Origin: Setoptus koraiensis | Taxonomy: Eukaryota; Animalia; Arthropoda | Length of the DNA stretch: 64,000 nt | Direction of reading: 5' to 3' | NCBI GenBank assembly: GCA_048013815.1 | Contig: CM106585.1 | Location: 9,796,001 to 9,860,000, forward strand | In this document: one piece after another, positions 25,222 through 35,256 of the stretch | Numbering within the stretch: the first letter of the stretch is position 1 | Layout of the letters: every line of letters starts with the position of its first letter | Position numbers and translations under genes: made by a program | The notes under the pieces: model-generated | Database searches by the model: none | The model's input: only the letters and a program-made list of their open reading frames with translations | Told to the model about the DNA's origin: nothing

Positions 25222-26284
25222 CGTTGTTTCTGGTTTCCCTCAAACGCGCTCGTCTCTCTCATCGGCAACAGCAGCATCAACAGCAGCAACAACATGGGCA
25301 ACAGCAGCATCAACACGAGCAACAGCAGCAACAACAACAACAACAGCGACAAGGCGAGAGTTGTTTGCTGGTTGCTGGTTGTTGGTGGTGGTGGCGGCGG
25401 TGGTGTTGGTGGTGGTGGCGGTAGTATTCTGACCACTGGTTGTTCTCTAACTCTCTCTCTCTCTCTCTCTCGGTCTTTAAGTGACCGTGAACATGGCGCA
25501 AATTTATTATCGTCATCATCATCATCTGACCACTTGCGTGGATGTTGAACATGGCAACAACAGGCACAACAACAACAGCAGCACGGCCAACCCAGTGGCT
25601 ACCCGCAACATACAGCAGACGCATATAACGCGACCATTATTAGTGGCCATTAAAGAAGCGAAGGTCACACACTTGTTGTTGTTGTTGTTGCTGGTGGCGC
25701 ATTTTGAATGGCATTTTGCTAGCTCCATCTGCTTGCTTGTTAGTTAGTTGTTGGTTGCGTCGTTATTGTTGTGTTTAACAAGTCGTTTGAAGCAAAGAAT
25801 TAGAGGTTTTGTTTTTTAACAAGTCGTTTCGAGCAGAGCCAGAACGAAGGAATTAGAGGTCTTGTTTGTTTTCCGTCGCTCTCTCTCACTATGTCGCTCT
25901 GTCGTTGCGTCGCTCTCGCTCATTCTCGCACTCTAATCGCTCCTTCTTTTTTTAGAAGCCTGCCTAGAACAGATCGCAGCCATGCCAGCCGACTAGCAAA
26001 GGCAGCCAGCCAGCCAGCCAGACTGTTGCCGGCGAGAGAAGCATTAGCCTCAAAAATGAATATAAATATAAACTATGACTATTGGCAAACATTGGTTACA
26101 TTCGCAGAGCGTGTGTGTGTGTGTGCGTCTATTTGTGTCGTTCCGGGTAAACGCGTCACAACAGTCGGGCCAACGTTGGAGCTTGCGCGAAGTGACGCAC
26201 GCACACAAATTGAGAGACACAAGCAGGTTACGTTTTGTCATCTGTTAGTTGTAACTGTTGCCGCTGGCACTGCACTTGTATCCA

Positions 26285-26447
<163 letters not shown>

Positions 26448-27259
26448 GTTGTCGTCGTCGTATCGATGCCTTTAATAGCGACACAGCAGCGAGAGTGACT
26501 AAAGTTAGCTCACAAGACAGGCGCGCACAGAGAGAGAGAGAGAGAGAGAGCACGGGCATGCATGATGCATGCGGTGGTGAGCGGAAAAAAACAACAACAA
26601 CAACGACGACGACGACAGCGCCAAGATCGAACAGATAGAAGGTTGTTTATTTGTGTCTATTTAGACTCTTTGTCACTACTACCGGTACAGTACGGGTGTC
26701 GGTGTGCCTTGAAAGTAATCGCTTGCCATATTGCCGTATTGCCGTATTGCCGTATTGGCGCAGCTATATTTATTATACAGTGTAAGTATAGTTATATGGT
26801 GCGGCTGTTAGGCTGTGTGGTAGGCAGCATAGTGTTTGTCGATAGGAAGCGAGTCGGTTATGTTAGCGCAGTTAGCTAACTGTACTCGCTGTCGCTGTTG
26901 GCTTAGCTGGCGACCAAACCGGTTTGTGTGTGTTTTTTATCACATGCATTTCGGCACTAGCGATAGCGGATGATGTCACATCATACGGTAGTAATTGTGA
27001 ACACTACAAAACGTTATATCTGTTTGTTTGTACACACACACACACACTCACAAATATAATAATAATTAGCAGTGGGAGTACAAATGAACAAATGAATAAA
27101 GCGAGCTAATGTTACGCACACACACAGCATGCACAGTCTCTGCCAGCGAGATGCAATCTCGCTCGGCTGGCTGTTATTACCATACCAGCCAGCCGAGCAA
27201 CGAGCCAGCCTAACGCCGAGCCACCCGTAAGCCATAGACAGTGCACGGCGGAGTCTATC

Positions 27260-27281
27260 ATACAGTATGATCATACTGTAT
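27260..27281. repeat. Perfect 22-bp palindrome
   Basis: atacagtatgatcatactgtat equals its own reverse complement. Confidence 0.95.
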
Positions 27282-27407
27282 TCACTCAGTGAATTTCACT
27301 GCATTCAAACACCGTCTATGGCGGCTCACAATCGCATTCCCGATTCTCGATTCGCGACTCGCGATATCGCCAGATATTCACCGCCGCTCGCTGTTGTCGT
27401 CGCTGCC

Positions 27408-27449
27408 AACTATATTTGTGCGTGAATACTTTGGCGCACAAATATAGTT
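27408..27449. repeat. Perfect 15-bp inverted repeat, 12-nt spacer
   Basis: aactatatttgtgcg-tgaatactttgg-cgcacaaatatagtt. Confidence 0.9.
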
Positions 27450-27629
27450 AACTCCATTTTGTTTTGAGCCGCTGCCTTCTCTGGTTGCGTCTGTGTCGCC
27501 GTGTGTGTGTGTGTGTGTCGCCGTGAGTGTGTGTCGTCTCGCATTAACTCGCTGCGACTGCACTGTTTTATGCACCGAGTTGCACTAGTGCTGGCGTATA
27601 GCTGCGGCTCGGCTGTTGCATCGGCGGCG

Positions 27630-28215
27630 GCGGCAGCGAAAGTCGAGAATCGGGAGTCGGGAGTCGAGCATCGGCGTCGAGCATCGCGAGTCGACAATCG
27701 CGAGCCGAGAGCTGAGAATCGAGAGCTGAGAATCGAGGGCTGAGATTCGAGGGCTGAGATTCGAGGGCTAAGAATCGGGAGTCGAGCGTCGGGAGTCGAG
27801 CACCGCGAGTCGAGAGTGCAACGAGACGACGGAGAAGTTGTAAATTGTTGGAGCGTCGCAACTCCGCATTACAGATACAGCAGGGCGCATAGTCGCCGAG
27901 TGGCGCATAGTGAGCAGGGCGAGCGCAGCGAGCAAAGTGGGCAAAGCGAGCAGGGCGAGTGGCGCGAGCGGGGCAAACCGACGAGTTGCGAGCGGGGCAA
28001 ACCGACGAGTTGCGAGCAGTGCGAATAGTCACTATTCAATAGTGCGAATAGCGCGAATAGCGCGAATGGTGCGATTAGTGCGATTAGGGCGAGCAAAGTG
28101 AGCAAAGTGAGAAAAGTGAGCAAAGCGGGCAAAGCGAGCACGGCGGGCAGGGCGAGCAAAGTGAGCAAAGTGAGCAAAGTGAGCAAAGTGAGCAAAGCGA
28201 GCAAAGTGAACAGAG
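27630..28215. repeat. Compound purine-rich satellite (gagtcg/gagaatcg units, then 9-bp gagcaaagt and gcgaata units)
   Basis: Visible tandem 6-9 bp units upstream of the PLAG ORF. Confidence 0.85.
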
Positions 28216-28382
28216 AGAGCGTGGTGCAGTGAGCTCCCCCGTGAGTTGCCCCGGCCGACATGATTGGCCGTGTTTTATTATCAACAGTTGCTATCTGTGT
28301 GCGATGCGCCACACATCAAATCCATTCATAGGTAGCTGCAAACAGCTTGACACCAGCTCCTCATATAGGCCGCCGCAGCATC

Positions 28383-29168
28383 ATGAGGTCGGCAAGACCG
28401 GCTCAGGATCGCAAATTTGGTTGCGATCAGTGCGACAAGCGATTTTTCACTAGGAAAGATGTTAAGCGACACTCAATAGTTCATACGGGTATTAGAAACT
28501 ATCAATGTCCATTATGTCATACTAGATTCGGTAGGAAGGATCATCTAGTGAGACACGCCAAAAAGTCGTGCACCGCCAATAGCCTGCACAACACCCCTGC
28601 CGCCCCAGCCAAGCCAGTGACAGACGCAAATCATATTCAGCAGCTAAATCATCATCACAACCACAACCACAATCATCAGCATCACCAGCATCACCAACAA
28701 CACCAACCACAACCTCAACCACAACCTCAACCACAACTACACCTAGAGCAACAACAACAACTAGAGCAGCAACAACTAGACCAGCAACAACTGCAACGAC
28801 AACTTCACCAGCAACAGCAACAACAACAACAACAACAACTAGAGCAACAGCAACTGCAACAACAACTCAACCAGCAACAACAACTGCATCACCACCACCA
28901 TCACCACCAACAACAACAACAACACCAACTACAGCAACAGCAGCAACAACAACAACAGCAACAACTGCACCTCCAACTACAGCAACCCTCGCCACAGCCA
29001 CAACCACAACCACAAAGTGCCTCCACACCAGCTCCCACACCTTTCACCAGCAGTATGACCAGTGGCTTTCCTAATTGTAACTCTTACCACCACCATCATC
29101 AAACAATCGACACGTTTGAGCCGCTATATGATTACAACAACTACACCTCACCCTTCTATCAGTATTGA
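28383..29168 (+). CDS. PLAG1: PLAG-family C2H2 zinc-finger protein (two fingers plus a poly-Q/His tail); 5' end uncertain
   Basis: CDQCDKRFFTRKDVKRHSIVHTG and CPLCHTRFGRKDHLVRHAKK match PLAG1/PLAGL2 fingers 6-7 (RRFYTRKDVRRH..HTG..FGRKDHL.RH). First in-frame ATG is at 28383 with an in-frame TAG just upstream; upstream exons are possible. Confidence 0.8.
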   Translation: MRSARPAQDRKFGCDQCDKRFFTRKDVKRHSIVHTGIRNYQCPLCHTRFGRKDHLVRHAKKSCTANSLHNTPAAPAKPVTDANHIQQLNHHHNHNHNHQHHQHHQQHQPQPQPQPQPQLHLEQQQQLEQQQLDQQQLQRQLHQQQQQQQQQQLEQQQLQQQLNQQQQLHHHHHHHQQQQQHQLQQQQQQQQQQQLHLQLQQPSPQPQPQPQSASTPAPTPFTSSMTSGFPNCNSYHHHHQTIDTFEPLYDYNNYTSPFYQY

Positions 29169-29430
29169 CCAGCCATTGACAAGCAAAACCAGCCAAATCA
29201 AGCAACAAAACACGCAACAGTTTACGGGTAAACTAACATCGATGACAACATCGCGCGACGAAAACGATACGGGTAAACACCAACCAACTCTCTACTATTA
29301 CAACCATAACAACTATTATTATTATTATTATTATATATATATTATTATTATTATTATTACTATTATTATTATTATTGTATAACTATTATGAATTTTAATT
29401 AAAAATTACAATTTGTACATTTGTGTATGT

Positions 29431-30369
29431 TTATTCGGTGCAATCAACAATATGTACATCTATTACATCGCCATCTTCAAGTTCAAGCTCGTTGGCAGTT
29501 TGATCATCTTCAACTTGATCGCCGTCGATTTGAAGATGAACACTATGCAAATCTACACCCGCCCTCTCAGCATACAATCGCTTTAATTCGGAAAACGGCT
29601 GATCTTTGAAAATATTAAAAGTGTTGGCCTTCTTAGAACGACCATCTTGCAAAGTAAGCTCCAGTTGATCTGGATGCTTTTGAGGTTGCGAGGATTTATT
29701 GCAGTTGTAATCGCATGCCTCCAATATATCCGTTACGCATAGTTTCAAGGATGCGGGTGTCGCATCAGAAGGCACAAGCTCATCCTTGTGTCGCAATATA
29801 ATTGAATTCACTTGTTTGTTGAGCTTATCAGTGAGATCTTTCAAAGCAACAGCAATACTTGTGTTATATGTCATATCGAATGTGTATATTTTAAAATTGT
29901 AATACATTTTCAATGTGTAACCATAATCTTGGAAGGATGCATCTTGACAGCTTGTATTTAACTCAGATACTGCACTAGAATCATGAATTGATTCTTCGTG
30001 AAGTTCCGACAAGTCGTCAGGCAGCGCAGGAATTGCCTTTTCGTGGGTGGTTATTTCGATAATTGAGGTATCTGAATCGTCCGAGTCCACGAGAGCCTCA
30101 ATGAGATCCTGGTTTATTTCAACCCGATCGACTGCTGGTCGTGAGTCTTGCTGGCTATTTTCACTAGTGGTTTGTTGTGTGCATGTTGTGGACGTCCCTT
30201 TCCTTCCTTTGAATATAATCTCAAGTTCCTCTGCAGAATCATCATCACTGTCCGATTGATTGTAAAGCTTGTTGTTTAATTGGTTGATCTTGTAATCGTA
30301 TATATCAGCTGCGCTATCATCTGCACTGTCATCCGAGGCAACAGAATCACTAGGTTTCATGTTTTGCAT
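29431..30369 (-). CDS. NFATC2IP: NFATC2-interacting protein / Rad60-Esc2-NIP45 (RENi) family, 312 aa
   Basis: Acidic disordered N-terminus followed by two SUMO-like domains; SLD2 ..PFSELKRLYAER..LQIDGDQVEDDQTANELELEDGDVIDV. Confidence 0.85.
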   Translation of the reverse strand: MQNMKPSDSVASDDSADDSAADIYDYKINQLNNKLYNQSDSDDDSAEELEIIFKGRKGTSTTCTQQTTSENSQQDSRPAVDRVEINQDLIEALVDSDDSDTSIIEITTHEKAIPALPDDLSELHEESIHDSSAVSELNTSCQDASFQDYGYTLKMYYNFKIYTFDMTYNTSIAVALKDLTDKLNKQVNSIILRHKDELVPSDATPASLKLCVTDILEACDYNCNKSSQPQKHPDQLELTLQDGRSKKANTFNIFKDQPFSELKRLYAERAGVDLHSVHLQIDGDQVEDDQTANELELEDGDVIDVHIVDCTE

Positions 30370-30956
30370 TTCACTGGATTGTTGTGATTAATAATTGATT
30401 GCCAGTCTTCAAGTTTCATAGGTTTGGGTAGATGAAAATAGATGGAAGAAACAATCAAACTAATATTGAAAAAAAAAACAAAATGATATTCATACGATAT
30501 CATACGCGCACATTGACATGGCGCGTGATACAAATGTTACCAACGAAAATATTTTTGTTTGTAATTATTCTGGGCGGACTTTTCATCCCCATCACCTGAA
30601 ATTGTTTTGAATGTCTAAACAAACCTTACCCCGATTCTTCAGCCGGGGTGAAAAAAGGCAACATGAGGCACAAATAAAAATGGGAATGGAACGATGATCG
30701 GTCACGGGCGCAGATTCGGGTTATCATTTTGGGCTTTCTTCCCAACTACTTTTGTATCTGGCGCCATGAGTCTCGCAGTGCATGTTTTTGCATCATATAA
30801 TCAACGAACAACAATAATAATAATACCTTCTGCACGCTCGAATATTGTTTAGTCATGTGATACTGTGTGGATCTCATTACTTCTTCGCGTCCTTAGCCAA
30901 TAAAATGAAACTTGAAGATGAGCCATTAATCACAACAGCCTAATGAAATATTGAAC

Positions 30957-31559
30957 ATGAAACCCGGTGATTCTATCGCCTCCGGCGACAACAATTCTAG
31001 CACTACCGATATTAATCAATTAAACAGTAAGCCCAGCGATCGACAAGAAAACGATGATGACACCGCTGAGAAACTAGAGAAAATATTCAAAAAGATGAAA
31101 GGCACGTCTGACACATGTACACAACAAGCCGTTAATGAAGGTGGCCAGAATGACTTGCCATCATCCAATGCCTATGATATGTTGGTTGGTAAGATAGCGA
31201 CAAGATTAAATATTGTTTGTCATCCAGATCCCTCTGTTACCCTGAAGGCGATTCGTATGACACTAGAGGAACAGTTGAAACAAAACAATGAGCCAGTCAA
31301 TAGAGAGTTTTCTGTTGCAGCTAAAGGACAAAAAAATAGTTTGGCTAAATTTACAGTGGATGATATAGCATTGCCCGCCTCTAAGGATAGTGATCATGAC
31401 GCTGACCATGCAGCGAAGGTGCTCAAATTACTCTATCTTGATGATTTGAGACTACTTCAGACTCAAGTGAATGAAATAATAGGCTCTGTCCAGAGCATCA
31501 CAACTACCCGACCTCTGATCCATTCTGAGGGCAACAGGGTCAAGAACAGGAACAGCTGA
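30957..31559 (+). CDS. RTRAF: Chimeric RTRAF (CGI-99/C14orf166)-like protein: NIP45-derived N-terminus plus RTRAF C-terminal half, 200 aa
   Basis: C-terminal HPDPSVTLKAIR..L and HAAKVLKLLYLDDLRLLQTQVNEIIGSVQSIT match the RTRAF RLL region (HDDYLVMLKAIR..; EAAQILRLLHIEELRELQTKINEAIVAVQAI). Residues 1-66 are homologous to the neighbouring NIP45 N-terminus. Confidence 0.8.
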   Translation: MKPGDSIASGDNNSSTTDINQLNSKPSDRQENDDDTAEKLEKIFKKMKGTSDTCTQQAVNEGGQNDLPSSNAYDMLVGKIATRLNIVCHPDPSVTLKAIRMTLEEQLKQNNEPVNREFSVAAKGQKNSLAKFTVDDIALPASKDSDHDADHAAKVLKLLYLDDLRLLQTQVNEIIGSVQSITTTRPLIHSEGNRVKNRNS

Positions 31560-31791
31560 TTTACAGACCGAGAAAACTCGATGGATTTCTTCTTTTGCTC
31601 CGAGAGAAACACGCCTTTTCTACGCACTAGCACACATTCTTCCGGCAACATAGTCTGATTATTTTTTGTTTGGACGTGAATGGGTCCGAAATTGTTACTG
31701 TATTTCGAAAAAAAAACGTCCGGCCTAATAATAAAAAACTCTGCCCTACCGTTTTGTGAGAAATAGTTAACTTATAACTGTAAGTTTTACC

Positions 31792-31806
31792 TTTGAAATT
31801 GGCGCC
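31792..31806 (-). promoter_or_regulatory. CDE/E2F-CHR-like (DREAM) composite motif near the SmD3 promoter
   Basis: Minus strand reads GGCGC-CAAT-TTCAAA (GC box, 4-nt spacer, TTYRAA), ~155 bp upstream of the SmD3 ATG. Confidence 0.35.
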
Positions 31807-31959
31807 TCGCGCCTGCGCTCAACATTCTTTGTCATGTGTCGCTTTGTAAACAGTTTGTACCTAATATCAAAGAAAATCAATGATATCATCGGGATTTACA
31901 CTTTACTACGAGGATCCACGAGTCAATTTATTTATCTCAATCTTTGAACAATTTATACC

Positions 31960-32528
31960 ATGTCTATCGGAGTGCCGATTAAGGTCCTGCACGAGGCGGA
32001 AGGTCATGTTATCACGTGCGAAACCACCAATGGTGAGTATTTGTTTCCCGACTATTATCGCATCACCTTTTTGTCGTTGGTTTTCTTCATGAATCAATTC
32101 TTAATTTGTTTAAAATTCACAGGCGAAGTTTACAGAGGCAAACTTGTTGAGGCTGAAGACTCGATGAACTTACAAATGAGCCAACTGACAGTAACCCACC
32201 GAGACGGAAGGATATCACAAATGGAGAATGTATTCATTAGGGGAAGCAAAATTAGATTTCTCATACTTCCCGATATGCTTAAAAATGCCCCCATGTTCAA
32301 GAAGCTTGGCACGAAAGGGCAGACTGCCACTACCACAGGTAGAGGCAAGTCTGCCATACTGAGAGCACAAGGTAAGATAAACGAGAGCAGAAACAAACTT
32401 CTCGTAGTGCATCAATTTTTTATTCGTCTATATCAACACTCCGACTTTCTCCTCTATTTTCCCGCTCACGTTTAGTTGCAAGAGGACGCGGTCGCGCCAG
32501 GTCAATCATTGCAAGGAGAGGTAAATAG
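31960..32528 (+). CDS. SNRPD3: Small nuclear ribonucleoprotein Sm D3; exons 31960-32032, 32123-32371, 32476-32528; 124 aa
   Basis: [58 protein letters not shown] tail; canonical GT-AG introns, all phases consistent. Confidence 0.97.
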
Positions 32529-32566
32529 AGTTATTTGTATTGTAAAAAAAAACATTCTTCAACAAC

Positions 32567-33523
32567 TCAACGAACCGTCGAAATTCCATCGTCATCAATA
32601 AAGAATGGTACAGAGAATCCTATCTTGGAGACATTATGTATAGTCTTGAGAATCACCGCTTTCCTTAGAGTTGAGTTTGGGTATCTTTTGAACAGCTCGC
32701 TAACATCTGGTATCTTCTCCAGTCGGATTCTATGATCAATGGCGTTCGTCCACGGTCTTGTGAACGAAGACTGGTTGTCTGAGCTGGTAATGATAACAAT
32801 AACATTTTTAGTTATGGCAATGTTAGTGAGCAAACGCATCACTTCATGTATATAGACTTCGATATTGTCCTTAATACTGAGCAGATCTTCTTGTATCAGG
32901 AATGATAATGAATCAATAATGATACATTTGACTTCATTGCGAACATCACAGTGTACTAATTGGTTAAGAAGGTGTACCAAATCTGAAAGCTTTGACGGTC
33001 GTGCAATTTCAATACGCCTCAAATATTTCGAATCCATTTCGTTTTTATCTATCACCTTATTTGCTTTTTGAGCAGTATAGGTGGCTATTCTGTCCTGATT
33101 AACATCAAAACTTGAGGCCACATAGAGTATATTAAATTTTTCATAATGACTGAGAATCTGTCCACACAACAGGTAGCACATTTCTGTTTTGCCACATTCT
33201 GTATCTCCTAAGAATTCCACTATCTCTTGAGTCTGGTAACCATCATCTAGAGCCTTTGTGAGCTCGGGTATTCCGGTTGGGCAGAGTTTGCTCCTTTGTA
33301 AGGTTATTTCCATCCAATGATTGAGACTATGACATGGCGACAAGTATCTGTTCTTGGCAGAGTCTTTAATATTTTTTAACTTGTTATAGGGTATCTTGGT
33401 TTTATTCTTGATTTCCATGAGATCGGTCATGACGAGATCATTGACAGTCCAAATGTCAGCATTGTTCAATTGTTCCAAGAATTCTTGCGTGACGTGCTCT
33501 AGCTCGGTCGATAGAAAGGCCAT
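32567..33523 (-). CDS. RAD51D: RAD51 paralog, RAD51D-like, intronless, 318 aa
   Basis: N-terminal TV.DL..DL helical domain, TGI..L...LD.G, Walker A GDTECGKT, LYV.S, Walker B IIIDS. Confidence 0.85.
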   Translation of the reverse strand: MAFLSTELEHVTQEFLEQLNNADIWTVNDLVMTDLMEIKNKTKIPYNKLKNIKDSAKNRYLSPCHSLNHWMEITLQRSKLCPTGIPELTKALDDGYQTQEIVEFLGDTECGKTEMCYLLCGQILSHYEKFNILYVASSFDVNQDRIATYTAQKANKVIDKNEMDSKYLRRIEIARPSKLSDLVHLLNQLVHCDVRNEVKCIIIDSLSFLIQEDLLSIKDNIEVYIHEVMRLLTNIAITKNVIVIITSSDNQSSFTRPWTNAIDHRIRLEKIPDVSELFKRYPNSTLRKAVILKTIHNVSKIGFSVPFFIDDDGISTVR

Positions 33524-33796
33524 TGCTGAATTGCGTTTGGTTGCTAATTTTATAATAAAAATAACTAACTATCCGATATCTGTTGCTTAAACCAGTTGTG
33601 GAGTGATGTTATTTTTTGCAAGCCAGCATTACCTGCCGGAATGATTTGCTTGGGCGCATTCAACATGTGACAGTAATAAATGTGTCCAATGAATAAAAAT
33701 GAGCGCACAATAATATTGCCATGTGGTGTTGACATTCCTCGTCTTCCCTATGATGCAATCCTGCTGATTTAATTGCGGTTGACAGTTAGAATACAA

Positions 33797-33826
33797 CCAA
33801 TCGGAATTTAATTCAAAACTGGCGCC
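33797..33826 (-). promoter_or_regulatory. CCAAT box plus CDE/E2F-CHR motif upstream of RAD51D
   Basis: Minus strand GGCGC-CAGT-TTTGAA (33826-33812) with the canonical 4-nt spacer; CCAAT at 33797-33801; ~290 bp upstream of the ATG. Confidence 0.4.
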
Positions 33827-35146
33827 TCATTTTTAAAACAACCACCATTTGAAACATTATCCGCTCCTCTCACGACTGGAATGAGGTTTGCTTGTCAGGT
33901 CTCCATTGTATCAACAACTTCGGCTGTCACCTAGTTGCAGGGAATTTATCTTGATTGAAATTACCAGTGAGTGGTATCACGTTGAATAGTGATTATGATG
34001 CAAGAATGTTTCGCTCGAATGGTAGGAATGTGTAAACAAACAACCATATTAGACCCACCATTGTTATTCGGCGTATTACGGCTAGATGCCGAGGTTATGC
34101 AAATAGAGGGCCGTGGAGAATTTTTGCAGTTGCACCGTGACAAGAGTCAATCATCTATTCATTATGACTAGCTCATCGATAGTTTTTGCCTTTATGCTCG
34201 ATTAAAGTTTATTCTCAACTTAATCTACCGCTATCTCACTGACTAGAGACTTTCCAGAAGAGAGTAGACAATATGCCTAGAGTTTTCACATGTTGTCGTT
34301 TAGCAGCTGGATTATAGCGACACAGCCAGCGACTTTGTTGGCTGTGGTGTCGGCGCTGGATACTACGGCTGTATATCAGCTAGAGTTATAGAGTTAATGA
34401 AGTTGGTAAATGAGTGATTTGGCATGACATGACAAAACAATGGAGAACTTATCTCGTTTCGAACTGAAGCTTCAAGCTGAGCAAGTGCTTCGCTTCGGTA
34501 TGCAATATTTAATGATGATGAAAAAGTAGAGATGATACATATGTTGATTCGATTCGAGAGAATGCGCCCAATAACTCTCGTCGAATAGTTCATCGTCGTT
34601 AGTTTGAACGTTAATTCTTTCTAGGCCAAAACACACCGTACTGTATAAATTATAGGCCAAGAATGAGGGCGATCTTCTTTTCTCTTGCGAACTAAACGAA
34701 AATATCGCCATTTGAGCTCGTTATAACGTAAAAGATCGATCGAGTTGTACAAACTCATGTCACTTGATAACGCTTTTTTCACTATATGCTTTCCTAAGTT
34801 ACATAAATACATATCGAGCATGAATAGTAGAAAGCTATCACTATGTGGTATAATACCACTGGTATAAATAGTTTGTTGCAACAACGGTACCCCTCGTTAG
34901 TATTGTTGTAGTGTTGCTTGAATTGTTCATGTTAGTACTATTGAAATACGCTATATTACTTCATTACATAGAGACTAGAATAATTGTATATTCTTGGTAT
35001 TAGGATGCCAAATTTCTAGTTATTCAGCGAGCTACGGGCAAAAGTTAGCATAAAATAGTAAAGAATTGCCTCACTTGGCTTTGTTCTGAACTGTTTCCTT
35101 CGCTTCGCATTTGAGTATTTTAGTCATTCAACTCAAGCAACGCGAC

Positions 35147-35256
<110 letters not shown>

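Noticed and set aside
28097-28195. GTGAGCAAAGT resembles the 5' end of miR-87
   Set aside because: It is the unit of a 9-bp tandem satellite; the rest of the mature miRNA and a hairpin partner are absent
31960-32475. 171-aa read-through SmD3 ORF in the ORF track
   Set aside because: Includes introns 1 and 2; the spliced 124-aa model matches the SmD3 family exactly
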